A DNA stretch of 64,000 nt from Nitrospirae bacterium MYbin3 (GTDB taxonomy: Bacteria; Nitrospirota; Thermodesulfovibrionia; Thermodesulfovibrionales; Dissulfurispiraceae): the NCBI GenBank assembly GCA_002753335.1, contig PEAD01000001.1:1-64000 (forward strand), given 5' to 3'. How positions within the stretch are numbered: position 1 is the first letter of the stretch; every line of letters starts with the position of its first letter. The notes under the pieces were generated by a model that did not search any database, was not told the DNA's origin, and was given only the letters and a program-made list of their open reading frames with translations. A program made the position numbers and the translations under genes. Shown piece after piece: positions 1-11,200 of this stretch.

Positions 1-32
1 GCATCATTCCGGGTGCCATTGTTCCCAGCGCC

Positions 33-1450
33 TGGAGCAGCAATGGGACCTGGCGGACCGGCACCAGCACCTGGAGCAGCAATGGGACCAATGGCAGGCC
101 CAGGTGGACCTATGCCCGGCCCAGCTGGTATGGCACCCGGAACGATGACTCCTGGTATGTCCCCTATGGGTGGACCGGCGGGAATGGCACCAGGAACGAT
201 GACTCCCGGAATGGCTCCGACTGGCCCAATGGGAAGTCCAACCGGACCTATGGGAGCGCCGATAATGGGTGGCGCACCCTCAGGCCCGATGATGCCCGGA
301 GCAATGGGCCCGATGGCCGGACCAGCACCTGGAATGATGGGGCCTGACCCGATGATGGCAGGTGCGCCCGGCGGAATGTATCCGGCAGGAGGACCTGCTG
401 GTATGGCACCTGGAGCAATGGGAACAGCGCCTATGCCTGGAGGTATGATGGGACCGATGGGTGGACCAACACCTGGAATGATGGGGCCTGACCCGATGAT
501 GGCAGGAGCGCCCGGGATGATGGCACCCGGAATGCCCGGAACACCGGGAATGGCGCCGGGGACAATGACACCCGGGATGATGCCAGGAGCAATGGGCCCG
601 ATGGCCGGACCGGGAAGCATGGACTTTGGCATGCCTGCAGGAATGGCGCCGGGAACAATGGCACCCGGAATGATGCCTGGAACAATGGGAACAACAACGA
701 TGCCGGGAATGATGCCCGGTATGACAGGTGGAATGTATCCGGCAGGAGGAATGGCACCGGGTATGACGACTCCCGGAATGATGGGGCCTGATCCTATGAT
801 GGCAGGAGCCCCCGGAATGATGCCCGGAATGCCTGCCCCTATGGCCCCTGGAATGGCGCCAATGGGAACAACAACGATGCCGGGAATGATGCCCGGTATG
901 ATGGGGCCGATGGCCGGACCGGGAAGCATGGATTTTGGCATGCCTGCAGGAATGGCGCCTGGAACAATGGCCCCCGGAATGATGCCCGGGATGACAGGTG
1001 GAATGTATCCGGCAGGAGGAATGGCACCGGGTATGACAACACCCGGAATGATGGGGCCTGACCCTATGATGGCTGGCGGAATGTATCCGGCAGGAACAAC
1101 GATGCCGGGAATGATGCCCGGAATGACAGGTGGGATGTACACAACCGCTCCTACTGGCACAATGATGCCGGGAACATATACAGATCCAATGATGGCGGGA
1201 ATGACAGGTGGGATGTACACAACCGCCCCTACAGGCACAATGATGCCGGGTACTACAATGCCTGGCACATACACTATGCCCGGAACTTACACGATGCCTG
1301 GCATGACAACTATGCCTGGTATGTACACAGACCCAATGATGACGACCATGCCCGGAATGTATCCGGCGGGGACGATGATGCCCGGAACCTATGTAATGCC
1401 GGGGACGACAATGCCTGGAACGTACACATACATGCCTGGAACACCGTATG
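33..1450 (+). repeat. Intragenic low-complexity repeats (MAPG/MMPG/GPDPMMAG/GGMYPAG)
   Basis: Recurrent blocks: MGPMAGPGSMDFGMPAGMAPGTMAPGMMPG at ~592-680 and ~901-990; GMTGGMYPAGGMAPGMTTPGMMGPDPMMAG twice; GMTGGMYTTAPTGTMMPGT twice. Confidence 0.9.
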
Positions 1451-3942
1451 TTCCTTATACCGATACTTATGGCGCAATAACCACAACAACTACAAACTTT
1501 TACGGCAGCATGGGAAATATTTTAGGTCTTTCCGGCTCGTATCCTAATAATGTTTTAGCAATTAGCGGTGGTTCACTTTCCGGCTCGGCAACAACAATGC
1601 CGGCAATCACAAATGAGTTGTCCGGCCCGGTAAGCTTCAGCATTTCTCCTTACAGCAACCCCGGTTCTAAAAGCATATTTGCCTCTGATATTTCTGGGAC
1701 TAACGACAGAGGCGGGGCCTTCGTCGGATTTACAGGAAGCACAACGCCTTCATCCCCGGGCAAGGGCGCATATGTTGCGTTTTATGCTGAAGGAGGTATG
1801 CTGGGCATCATAGAGGGTTCCTATACAGGATATCTTGATCCGTCATTAACCATGTTTAATGCGAGCGGCACGGGTAGAGTACATCTTATTGGCCCCGGCA
1901 TTACCTTTTCGCCTACGATAGCGGGGCTGCAAAGCGCTATGACCGCTAATCTTCAATCCAGAGTAAACCAAACAGATTATGGTTTTAAGATTGGAGCTGC
2001 AAACAACTTTGACGTAACACTGGGCGTTCTTGCCAACCAAAGCGGAATTACCTATACAGAATTTGAAAGCTCCTTAAGCACCTATGGCTCAAATGCCGGC
2101 ATAAGAATGCGGTTTGAGACAGGAACCTATTTTTATTTGAATGACTATCTGAGCAGAGGTGGATATATAAGCGGCACCTCTTATTTGGGTACAAGAACGC
2201 CGGTTAAATATTCCGTATCGTCTGCATCCATTAACAACGATCCATCCAACAACCTTTTATCCGCAGATTATGACGGAACATCTATAATTTTTGATTCGGC
2301 AAATAGCATCTATTCTTTAGGTCATGAGGGCGGCCATTTCAACGCTAGATACACTTATATGTATGGCGGCACCTATACCGCTGTTGATATAGGCGGGTTT
2401 CAGGGCAGTCCTATGACTTATGCGAGCAGTTTCAGCAATGTTCCTATAACCGGCAAGGGAGCTGCTTGGGGCTCTGATGGATCCTTATATGCTTTTATGG
2501 GCGGCACAACGAACTTTTATAACGGCAGCGGATCTATAACTATACTCGGAGGAGCTGACTGGAGTGCCGGAGTTGTGCCATCAAGGTTCGGTCAGATTTG
2601 GCAAACAGGCTTTTATAATGCAGCTATTAGCAACAGCGCAGCATTTGATGGTTACATGAGCGGCATTCTCCGTTATAATGTGCCGAACCAGTATGGCCCT
2701 AACCCGACAGGCCATAATATTGAAGGGCTTATCTATGCCCTTTACATATCACCTTCAGGTACAGCAGGAATAGCTTACGGTGATTTTGGCGTGCCCTACA
2801 GCGGCTATAAAGGCGAATTTTTTTCTGATATAAACATGTTTGCGGCTGACGGGTGGATAAACACTGTTCAAATGGAATATACAACCCCTGTATCAAGTTT
2901 GAACGCACTTAAAAGAACAACAACTTTTCAGTATCAATCTGTTAATGAGGCGGGTTCGTTTTTAGATAACAACTATTACCTTTCAGGCTATGCTTTTGCA
3001 TCATCGAGCCCGACGCTAAGTGTTGAGTGGATTAATGGCGGTTCAACAGGAATTTTGGGCAATATGGGCGTATGGAGAACCTATGATTACGGAACGTATG
3101 TAAATGGTGGGTTTAACAACGGATGGATTAGGGTCTTAACAGGTTGGGATGGTGCAGCTTCAGGTTATGTAGCGGGGGCTTTGATAGAAGGCGGCCCGAT
3201 GGGAAACAAAAACACTTTTTCGTATGATTATTCGTCAGCAAGCGGATATGTAAATGTTTATAGTTCCATGCCTGCGGACAAGCGGTTTGACGCCATGGTT
3301 TATGGCTACTGGGCAGATACCGGGGGAAGGGCTAATTCCGGCAATCCAATCACCGCAATAATGGCAGGAAAGCTGGTCGGAACTTTTGATGCTTCCAACT
3401 ACACAGCTGTTGCTGCTGGAGCTTTTATAGAGACCACGAAATACCTGCAGATGGCATGCGGGGGTGATGCTTCATGCCCCGGGTGGTATTATGGGGCCGG
3501 CAACAATTCTGACTACAAACTCAACCAGCTGAATGTGCCCTCTTTTGTTGTTGGAAAAACAACGCTGTCAGGTGTTGGTGGTGGAAATATTTCTTCTGTA
3601 ACAATGTCTGATGTGGTGTTTCTTGCGCCTCAAGGCGGGGCGGCCCCTAAAGTGTGGGCTACAGCTAATGTAAATGGAACTGTTACCGGGGACCCAACCA
3701 ACGCTTCCGTCAATTTAAGCGGCTCCGGTATTTCGAATGTCAGTTTTACAATGAAGCAATGGACAGGAGCCAGCGGCAATTGGCTTGCAACGGTTGGAGG
3801 GACAAATCAGGTTTCTCCGGGCGCTTTGCAAGGCTACACTCAACAGTCTGTCCCCTTGACGATGAAGGGCGCTGCTGCCGGCCGTATTAACGCAGGCGCC
3901 ACAGGATTCACCGGCACAGCGGCAGGCACCGTAAACAAATAG
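33..3942 (+). CDS. Large Met/Pro/Gly-repeat, beta-rich putative secreted or surface protein, 5'-truncated
   Basis: Frame is open from the window edge to TAG at 3940-3942. The first ~480 aa are MxPG low-complexity repeats. The remainder is Gly/Thr/Ser/Tyr-rich beta-strand sequence ending GAAAG...FTGTAAGTVNK. The GTG at 13 lies in the inverted terminal segment and is probably not the true start. Confidence 0.75.
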
Positions 3943-3977
3943 ATAGCATACTAAACTGATATATAAATATCCTTATC

Positions 3978-4008
3978 AAAGGCGGGATTTCGCAATCCCG
4001 CCTTTTTT
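3978..4008 (+). terminator. Rho-independent terminator
   Basis: aaaGGCGGGATT-tcgc-AATCCCGCC followed by a T6 tract, just after the ORF stop. Confidence 0.85.
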
Positions 4009-4044
4009 GTGGTAATATTTTGAAAAATCATTTCGGAGGAATAT

Positions 4045-4560
4045 ATGAGAAAATTCTTTTATACATTTTTTTGCAGCACAGTAATATTTTTTTCGGCATT
4101 GGCGGTTCAGGCAGAGCCGTTAAAGATAGCGCTGTTCGACACGCAGAGGATACTTGCTGAATCAAAGGTGGTTAAAAAATACAGGCAGAAGCTGATGGAG
4201 ACGACTGACGCTAAACGCAAGATGTTTTCGGACAAGCAGGAGGCCATGAGGCAGACCGCCGAAAAGCTTAGGACAGACGGCGGGAAAATGACTTTTTTTG
4301 AGAAGAAAAACCTAGAAGAAAAACTTGCGTTGGAGGACAAGGAGCTTAGGCGCTTGCGTGAAGACCTTGATTATGAAATCCAGAAGATGGACAAAGACCT
4401 TACGCAGCAGGCGCTTTTGGACATAGAGAAAATCATTCGTGAAATTGTGCGCAAAGAGGACTTTACCATAATATTCGAGAGGGGCTCCGCAGGCATCGTG
4501 CATTTCAAAGAATCGGTTGACCTTACCCCAAGAATCATTAACCTTTACGACAAACAGTAA
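4045..4560 (+). CDS. skp: OmpH/Skp family periplasmic chaperone
   Basis: Signal peptide ending VQA-E, KIALFDTQRIL start, long coiled coil, and C-terminal VDLTPRII typical of OmpH. RBS ggagga. Confidence 0.85.
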   Translation: MRKFFYTFFCSTVIFFSALAVQAEPLKIALFDTQRILAESKVVKKYRQKLMETTDAKRKMFSDKQEAMRQTAEKLRTDGGKMTFFEKKNLEEKLALEDKELRRLREDLDYEIQKMDKDLTQQALLDIEKIIREIVRKEDFTIIFERGSAGIVHFKESVDLTPRIINLYDKQ

Positions 4561-4575
4561 TTACAAGAGAAAACA

Positions 4576-4700
4576 TAAACCACAGCCAAAAATAGGCGCT
4601 TTTAAGCTAGGGCACAGAGAGAAGATAATGCTGTTTAAACGAAACAAAGATCACAGAGGAATTCTGATGCTAGTATTTTCTCTGCGTTCTCTGTGGTTTA
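4576..4700. repeat. Palindromic intergenic repeat (REP/MITE-like), copy 1
   Basis: Terminal inverted repeat TAAACCACAG (4576-4585) / CTGTGGTTTA (4691-4700), with internal CACAGAG motifs. Confidence 0.7.
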
Positions 4701-4715
4701 GCTTCTTTTAATTCT

Positions 4716-7700
4716 ATGCCTGAACAGGACAAGCAAAAGGAGTCCCGCAGAGGCCTTATTCGGAAGGTTTTTCAGGGATTGCTTGTGGGCGCTGTTGTGG
4801 GGCTCTTGGCTGTCTTTGCCGGTTTTTTAGAAACAACCGAGCATCTAGAGCTTATGGCTCTTGATCTGCGGTTCAAGCTGAGGCCGCAGATAGAGATGCT
4901 GCCTGAAGTGGGCTACATAGAATTTGATGATTCATCGCTCGAACGCTTTGGCAAATGGCCGTGGTCGCGCTCCCGGCAGGTGGCGCTTGTAAACACCCTT
5001 GGTTTTTACGGTGCACGCGCAGCCGGATATGACGTTTTTTTTGTAGAAAAAGAAAATGTGGTTTTCCATCCCGCAGAAATTAAACAGCATCTTTTAGGCC
5101 AAACAGGCGATGCTGATTATCAAACCTTGATTAATGATTCATTCAGGGATTACGACTATGAGTTTGGAAAAGCGCTTCGCAAAGCCGGAAACATCTATCT
5201 TGCATATTTTTCTCATGACCCTAGAACCGCAGAAAAGACGCTAGCCGGGATACTAAAAGAGACAAAGGAAAATATAAAGGGTTATCCTGCAGAAAAAAAA
5301 GAGTCTATCGCTGAACTCGAAAAAACATTCTTAACCCCTTACAAAGATGCAGAGCAAAGCGCCTATAAGACTGTTGACATTGATGGCCCGTTGCCCGATT
5401 TTATAAGATCTGCAAAGGGCATAGGCTTTGCGCAGCCCGGATACAACAAGGACTCTATTGTCCGCAACTATATTTTTTACCGGTACTATAACGGCAAGCT
5501 GCTTTATCCGATTACTATGAGAATGCTGGCGGATATTATGGACTTTAAGCTTTCTGAGATCGAAGCTGTTCCGGGGCAGCATCTTATAATAAAAAATGCA
5601 AAAGATTACAAAACAGGACAAAGAATAAATCTCAAAATACCGATTGATGATCACTTCCAAACGCTGCTAAACTGGGCAGGCTCTTTTAATAAAGCCTTTC
5701 TCCGCATTCCTTTTGAATATATCAACTACCACTACTCATACAATTTAGCAAAAGAGATAGCGAGAAAATCGATGTCAGCACAGGCCGACATAAATGAGAA
5801 GACTCTTGTCCGCACCGCCACTCGCATTCGCAACAGGCTCGAAACAGAAGGCATTGCGATCGGCAGTGAAGCGGAAAGGGTTGGCAAAGAGGTTGCAGCA
5901 GCTCAATTGGCAAATATCGGGCTTGATAGAAACATGACAGAAAAACAGATACTTGCTATTCTCGAAAAACATATAGAAGCTAATCAGGCCCAACAAATTT
6001 TTGATTCGGTCTTTACAGGGTACAATGCTGCAAAGGCGACAAAAAACAATCCGCAGATCTCTGCTCCTGAGTTCTTTGCAACCGGAAATTGGCGCGGGGA
6101 CAGGCCGCAGAGAGAAGAGGCGTTTAAGAGTATTCAATTTTTTGCGACGGCAGGAAAGCTCGAAGATGTACGGCCCTTTTATTTTCCACCGCTCAGGCCT
6201 GTGAAGAAAAACGAGAAAGAGGTCTTGTTGTCGCCGCTCGATCTTTATGGAAAGATATTTATGATAGGGCTTACCGGCACGAACACCATAGATCTAAAAC
6301 CTATGCCATTTGATGAATCAGCGCCGATGGTCGCGTATCACGTCAATGCGTTGAACATGATGCTTACCAAGAATTTTCTTTCATTCCCTCCGCAATATTT
6401 CAAATATGCGGCAACACTTGGTTTAGCGCTTATAATAGGCATGCTTGGAAGTTTGTTCAGCATACCTGTATTTTCGGCCTTAACCGCTGCTGTGGCCTCA
6501 AGCTACCTTTTCGTGACCTATCAGATATGGGTGTCCAAGGGTGTCTGGCTCGAATGGGCTGTTCCCCTTGCAGCTATTTTGTTGGCTTTTCTTTCTAGCG
6601 CGGTCATACAGCTTATCAGGGAGTTCCGTGAAAAGAAAAAGGTCAGGGGCATCTTCTCTACAATGGTTTCACCGGCGGTGTTAAAGGTGATGGAAGAAAA
6701 TCCGGACAAGTTTTCGCTTACAGGCGAGCGCAAGCCGGCCACAATGCTGTTTTCGAAAATAGACGGCATCGGGGATGTGATAAAAACTATCGCACCGGAT
6801 GAGCTTACGCAGCTATTGAGCATATATCTCACGCCCAACAGTGAGATTATTATGGAGTACGACGGATATATAGACAAATATGAAGGCCACGTTATCATGG
6901 CCGATTTTGGAGTGCCTCTGGACGATCCGGATAATCCCTGGAAATGCGCCTTTTCAACTATTGAGCAGCGCCTCGATATAGAGGCGTTCAAATATTTTGT
7001 GAAGGTCAGATACGGTCTGAATGTTGGTGTTTCTATGGGCTTCAACCACGGCTATGTTTCTGCCGGCAACATGGGTTCGGAGCGAAAATTTCAATATACG
7101 GTTATGGGAGACCCAGTCAATGTTTCGGCCCGTTTTATGGCGGCCAACTACATATACAACTCACCTTACTCTATAACCGGCGAAGAGTCTGTTTCTGTCC
7201 TTGAAGATTTTGTGCATCTGCGTATTTTGGACAAGCTTCTTCTTAAAGGCAAAACCAGACCGACAGAGATAGCGGATATTTTAGGCTGGAAATCGGACGT
7301 CTATCTAAAGATGAGGGGCAAAAGCCCTGTTCCTGAGTTTTTGCGCACTGTATGGTCCAAATGTCCTCCAGAAAAGATCTTTGGGTATTATGCTTTGTGG
7401 GAAACGCGGCAAAAGCGCCTAAACAGCGGGCTTGCAAAAGAGATATCCGGATTTTTTGAGGGCGAACTCAGCACCGCCGAAAAAATGATGGCTGCAGAAT
7501 GGAAGCGTAATATTCTTTTGTGCATAAAGCGTATAGAAAGCATTGAGCTAAATGCTAAGGCTTTGCTGGGATATGCAGTTGAGCGAAAGTCTGTATCCGG
7601 CGGCTCCGAAATTCTGGGCCAATGGCATGAAAGCATTGCTGATATAACAAACAAGGCGGCAGATGCTTTGAGAAAAGAAACGGATCAAACAGCGAAGCTC

Positions 7701-8213
7701 GATGGCCTTATCCGTGATTGCGGGATACTGCAGGCTCAGATAGCGCTGCTTATGAACAGGCTTAACATCGATGCTGAAGAGGGTCAGGATGAAAGGATCT
7801 TAAAAGTATTCGGAATGATTAAAGAGTTTGTTTCCTCCACAGTATCTATTCAAAACAATGACGAGGCGAGCAAAAAAGTTGAAGCTGAACTCAATGGAAT
7901 CCGAAATAGTTATGCAGCCTCAGCCAGCAGCTTTTTCGATAAGATTAAAACAAGAAAAGAGGAGTACCACCATATTATGGCGGTCATAGGCGCTCCGGAT
8001 GAGGATACATTAAAGACAAGCGCTTTCTTTGACAATGGGCTAAGGCTTTATTGGGAGCGGCGGTGGGATGCTGCAATCGAGGAGTTTAAAAAGGCGGCAA
8101 CGCTAGGCGCTGATGGCGGTCCTGCCCGCTCTTTTATAGAAAGGATAGAGTCTTATAAAATTTCACCTCCCGGCGATAAATGGCAGGGAGAGTTTGTGCA
8201 GACCAAAAAATGA
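4716..8213 (+). CDS. CHASE2-domain class III adenylate/guanylate cyclase A (lacks metal-binding Asp; C2-like)
   Basis: N-terminal TM, CHASE2 motifs (FGKWPWSRS, YDVFF, DSIVR, LLNWAG), 3 TM, then cyclase core FSKIDG / IDKYEGH / GNMGSERKFQYTVMGDPVNVSAR, and a C-terminal TPR-like tail ending WQG. Confidence 0.9.
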   Translation: MPEQDKQKESRRGLIRKVFQGLLVGAVVGLLAVFAGFLETTEHLELMALDLRFKLRPQIEMLPEVGYIEFDDSSLERFGKWPWSRSRQVALVNTLGFYGARAAGYDVFFVEKENVVFHPAEIKQHLLGQTGDADYQTLINDSFRDYDYEFGKALRKAGNIYLAYFSHDPRTAEKTLAGILKETKENIKGYPAEKKESIAELEKTFLTPYKDAEQSAYKTVDIDGPLPDFIRSAKGIGFAQPGYNKDSIVRNYIFYRYYNGKLLYPITMRMLADIMDFKLSEIEAVPGQHLIIKNAKDYKTGQRINLKIPIDDHFQTLLNWAGSFNKAFLRIPFEYINYHYSYNLAKEIARKSMSAQADINEKTLVRTATRIRNRLETEGIAIGSEAERVGKEVAAAQLANIGLDRNMTEKQILAILEKHIEANQAQQIFDSVFTGYNAAKATKNNPQISAPEFFATGNWRGDRPQREEAFKSIQFFATAGKLEDVRPFYFPPLRPVKKNEKEVLLSPLDLYGKIFMIGLTGTNTIDLKPMPFDESAPMVAYHVNALNMMLTKNFLSFPPQYFKYAATLGLALIIGMLGSLFSIPVFSALTAAVASSYLFVTYQIWVSKGVWLEWAVPLAAILLAFLSSAVIQLIREFREKKKVRGIFSTMVSPAVLKVMEENPDKFSLTGERKPATMLFSKIDGIGDVIKTIAPDELTQLLSIYLTPNSEIIMEYDGYIDKYEGHVIMADFGVPLDDPDNPWKCAFSTIEQRLDIEAFKYFVKVRYGLNVGVSMGFNHGYVSAGNMGSERKFQYTVMGDPVNVSARFMAANYIYNSPYSITGEESVSVLEDFVHLRILDKLLLKGKTRPTEIADILGWKSDVYLKMRGKSPVPEFLRTVWSKCPPEKIFGYYALWETRQKRLNSGLAKEISGFFEGELSTAEKMMAAEWKRNILLCIKRIESIELNAKALLGYAVERKSVSGGSEILGQWHESIADITNKAADALRKETDQTAKLDGLIRDCGILQAQIALLMNRLNIDAEEGQDERILKVFGMIKEFVSSTVSIQNNDEASKKVEAELNGIRNSYAASASSFFDKIKTRKEEYHHIMAVIGAPDEDTLKTSAFFDNGLRLYWERRWDAAIEEFKKAATLGADGGPARSFIERIESYKISPPGDKWQGEFVQTKK

Positions 8214-11200
8214 TAAAAAATGCAGAGCACAAAATAAACATTTTTCTAAAAGCCCATTTAAAGACAGGCTTGATTATAGGATGCGCTTTGTTTATCGTGC
8301 TGTCGCTGATGATCTATTTGCAGGCCTTTGAGTCGTTGGAGTTTAACCTTTTCAATAAAGCTTTTTTGAAGAAGGCGGCGCCTGTTCAAAATCAAGAGAT
8401 TGTAACCCTTGATATTGACGATCCTTCTTTGGCTTATGTGGGCAGATGGCCATGGTCATGGAATATCCATGCGATGGTGCTGGACTTTCTCTCGATGCAT
8501 GGCGTTCGCAACACAGTTTTTATAGATATGGATTTTTCGAGGGAAGAACCGGAGCGTTTAAACAGCGAAGCTGCTGTACAACTTAAAAGATCTTTACAGG
8601 CCTCTGTAGGTAAAGGCAAGGCCGCAGCTTCATTAATGCCGGAAGCAGGGCTGAACTTTTATAAAAGTGTTGAAAAGAGCGGCAGCGCTATTTTTTCTTA
8701 TGCACTTAAACATCCGCTGCCTGATTCTTCTTTTGCAGAAATAAGAGAGGCTGCAAAACAGAAAGAAAAGTTGTTTCTTCCGGATAAAGTTGCTGCAATA
8801 GAATTTCTTAAAAAGAAGCTCGAAATAAAGGGCTCGCCACAAAAGCTTCTGTCAGCGATTGATATGGATCCGCCTGTGATCAGGATAATGCGGTCTGCCA
8901 AGAAAACCGGGTTTAACGCCATAGATCTTGACTCTGACGGATTTGTAAGAAGGTATTCTCTATTTGCAGAGTATCAAGGCGAGGTCTATCCTTCGGTTGG
9001 TCTTAATGTAGCGATGAATTTTTTGAACGCCGGCCGGATAGACTTTGGCGACAGATACGTAGATCTGGGAGGCAAGGCCAAGATCCCGGTGGATAGTGAA
9101 GGTAAAATGCTGATAAACTGGGCGGGTTCGTACGCCGACTCGTTTACCCATGTGCCGTTCAATTTGCTATCTTCTTTTATTGCGCTTCAGTCGGCTAAAG
9201 AGGAGGCTTCAAAGCATTCGCTTCAAGATATGCCGGATCCTATGGCGCTTCAGGAGATTATACTTGCTAGGCTTTCGGGGCTTCACATACTGCCTGACGA
9301 GCAGTGCAAATATATTTCGACCGTTGTTTTTGTATCGACACTTATTGAGTTTTATCTGAAGAACACACCAAATTCTGTCGAGGAAATATTAGATTCTTTA
9401 GGAGTTGATGCCAAGGACGAGCAGTGGTTGGCGCTTGGCAAGCAGATTCAGGTGAACAATTTTCTTGCAGATGTTTATAAAAAATCTAAAAAAATTCCTC
9501 CCTTCGCTGATTTGCTTAAAATGGCGCGTACAGGCAAGATCACGAAAAATGTGGAGAATCAGTTGAAAGATGCGTATGACCAGATGGTGTTTTATCTTGA
9601 AAACGGAAAGGTCGAGAAGGCAAGGCCGTTTTTCTTTGACGGCTCGAAAAAGCTTACGCTAGGCAAAAGAGTAATAAGCATAAGTCCTGCGTTTTTCAAA
9701 AACAAGACCGTATTTTACGGGCTGACAGCAACCGGGCTGACAGCGCAATAAGCAACGCCTTTCCTCGAACGGCATCCTATGCTTGATGTCGTGCCTAATG
9801 TGGTAAATACCATTGTTACCGGCAGTTTTATTTCGGAGGCCCCTGTGTGGACCAAATACGCAATCAGCGCCCTGTATCTTTTCGGGGTTCTTTTGCTTGC
9901 GCTCGTTCTGTCGCCCTTCCAAGGTCTTTTGTTTGCAGGCCTTGTGGCTGTTTTTCATGGTTCTCTTTCTTGGTCTTTATTTGTGAGCAGGGGATATATT
10001 CTGCCTGTAATCCCGCCGCTTGCGGCTGTTGTTATTTCTTATGGCGCCGCCTTGTTCTATCGCTACCTTCAGGAGCAGAAAGAAAAAAGAAAAGTAAGGG
10101 GCATGTTCTCAACCATGGTCTCTCCTGAAGTGTTGAGGATAATGGAAGAAAATCCGGCAGCCTTCAAGCTTGCCGGAGAGCAGCGCGAGGCCACGATGTT
10201 CTCATCCGACGTTTCTGGTTTTACCACCATATCTGAGGGGGTTACCGCCCGCGAACTGGCGAATATTCTTAATATTTACCTTACGCCGATGAGCAACATA
10301 ATAATGTCCTATAACGGATATATCGACAAATACGAAGGTGATGCGATTAAGGCGGAATTCGGAGTACCGCTTTATGACACGGACCATAGCTGGAAGGCCT
10401 GCTTCTCGGCCCTGTATCAGCAGGAAGAGCTTACGGTGATACAAAGAATGATCTTTCTGAAATACGGCGTGAGCATAACCGCAAGGATGGGGGTAAATAC
10501 AGGCATCGTGACCGCCGGCAATATGGGTTCGGAGAAGAGGATGCAATATACGGTTATGGGCGATGCGGTTACTATAGCCGAAGAACTCGAACCGGCGAAT
10601 AAGCTTTTTGATACATGGATCGCTATTGGACAGGCCACGCATGCACAAGCAGAGGGATATATAGAGACACGCTATTTAAACAACCTGATCATGGGCCACG
10701 CCCACCACTCCCTCCCTGTATATGAACTGACCGGGTGGAACAAAGAAAAATATTTGGAGTATTGGCTCGGTAAACCGGTGCCTGAACTGTATCTGGAGGC
10801 GTTCAAGAAGATGATCCCCGAAAAGGTGATCGCCTATGATGATTTTTTTGCATCCAAGCAGCTTCCTGATTCGAAGATGCTTGGTGACATGAAAACTCTG
10901 CTTTCGGGCCTACGGCCTAAGGTGGTTGAGTATATGAATGCAAATAATATCTCTAGCGTTCTTTTTGTGAGGCAGGGGCTTGAGGGGTTGGCCGCAGGCA
11001 TAAGAAAGCATGAAGGATTGTATTCCGGTGTTGCGCTGCCGGCACTGTACGCAACTGATATCAGTTTGTTGAAAGAAAAAATTTCTGCTGCAGGCGAGGA
11101 CTGGAGCCGTGTTCTTCTGGGGTGGAGAGTGCAGCTGAGGGAATGTGCTGGGCTGCATTTTATCCTGAAAGAGAAAATAGCAAAAGATGAGGCGGACTCT

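Noticed and set aside
13..15. GTG start for the 1309-aa ORF
   Set aside because: It lies within the inverted-duplicate terminal 32 nt, with no RBS or signal peptide. The gene is more likely truncated.
33..1450. Possible CRISPR array or VNTR
   Set aside because: The repeats are codon-phased and degenerate at third positions, with no constant repeat and unique spacer pattern.
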